Positions 63,269 to 64,000 of a DNA stretch of 64,000 nucleotides are shown here, in pieces. The notes beneath the pieces are model-generated. The model was not told where the DNA came from. It was given only the letters and a program-made list of their open reading frames with translations, and searched no databases. The position numbers were made by a program, and so were the translations under genes. The stretch spans positions 16,802,001 through 16,866,000 of the forward strand of contig NC_088859.1 in NCBI RefSeq assembly GCF_963853765.1, in the 5' to 3' direction. The stretch is from Magallana gigas. Its lineage: Eukaryota. Numbering within the stretch: position 1 is the stretch's first letter; each line of letters opens with the position of its first letter.

Positions 63269-63999
63269 ATGGCGACTCTGGAAGATAAAGCAATTTGGGA
63301 AGACGGAGAAGTAGGATTTTAATCATTCTTTTTTGCAATTCATGCACAATTTTCTAAGTTTTACACTTAAGACATATAGCAGCATTGATTTATTATATTT
63401 AAACTGAAACAAATTCATTGCGTTAACGAATGTTGATGTCAACATCACTAAGTTGGTATGCTTCTATGAAAATCACTGTGTCATGCCAATACATTATAAC
63501 TCTTATTGAATTGCTTTCGATAAAAATATAACAAATTACCATTTAAAATAAAATATGTAATTCATACATTACGGTTCATATTTTTAAACACATATTTTGT
63601 ATTATATAAAACGGTTCACATTTTAACAGTTCGAATTTCCTCAGAGACACTATGCCGTGTGATTTCATATTTACATTGCCTGGTGTTTAAATACAAAATA
63701 ATGACTAAAAAGCATCATTTATATGTTATGCTACACTTTCCAGAAAGGTTGACAATCCTTGTAAGGAAAGGTGTCAGTTTTTCCAGAATTAAATTCATAT
63801 TTTTTATTGAATTAATTGGTGGTGGTGAGATACTTTATATTGCCATTTTGAAAATCAAATTTGTTGTGATAAGTAATAAACATGATGTTTTATAACCTTT
63901 TCTTTTTATCTATGCCAGGAGAGTTTGGGAGAGCAAATATTGAAATTGAATACAGATGAAATAGTTACAAGGACCAAACTTCTTGAAAATGAAATCAAG
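63269..63999 (+). CDS. PSMC3: 26S proteasome regulatory subunit 6A (Rpt5), first two exons, truncated by the window end
   Basis: Exons 63269-63310 (MATLEDKAIWEDGE) and 63919-63999 (ESLGEQILKLNTDEIVTRTKLLENEIK) match the conserved Rpt5 N-terminus (W..GE.LGEE.LKMSTEEI..RTRLLD.EIK). A palindromic E-box TCACGTGA lies at 63251-63258. Confidence 0.9.
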
Positions 64000-64000
64000 G

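Overview
AT-rich, intron-rich animal genomic DNA, most likely an oyster (Crassostrea/Magallana-type), judged from Helentron-like elements carrying ~166-bp Cg170-like satellite monomers. Eight protein-coding loci can be spliced by hand: a prominin-like gene (first coding exon, minus strand, continuing off the left edge), MAP2K4 (+), RAB40 (-), a divergent PALB2 orthologue (+) head-to-head with RAB40, PRPSAP (-), two tandem NTHL1 copies (+), and the first two exons of PSMC3 (+). The most unusual structure is a 7.1-kb foldback-type element (4536-11651). It has ~0.8-0.9-kb unique terminal inverted repeats, a 7-bp target-site duplication and inward-facing hierarchical tandem arrays (21 bp > 105 bp > ~1 kb). 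It sits inside the target-site duplication of a perfect 77-bp hairpin element, just upstream of the prominin start codon. Introns hold many non-autonomous DNA transposons. No rRNA, intact tRNA or CRISPR array is evident. All coordinates and homology calls are by eye, with no database searches.
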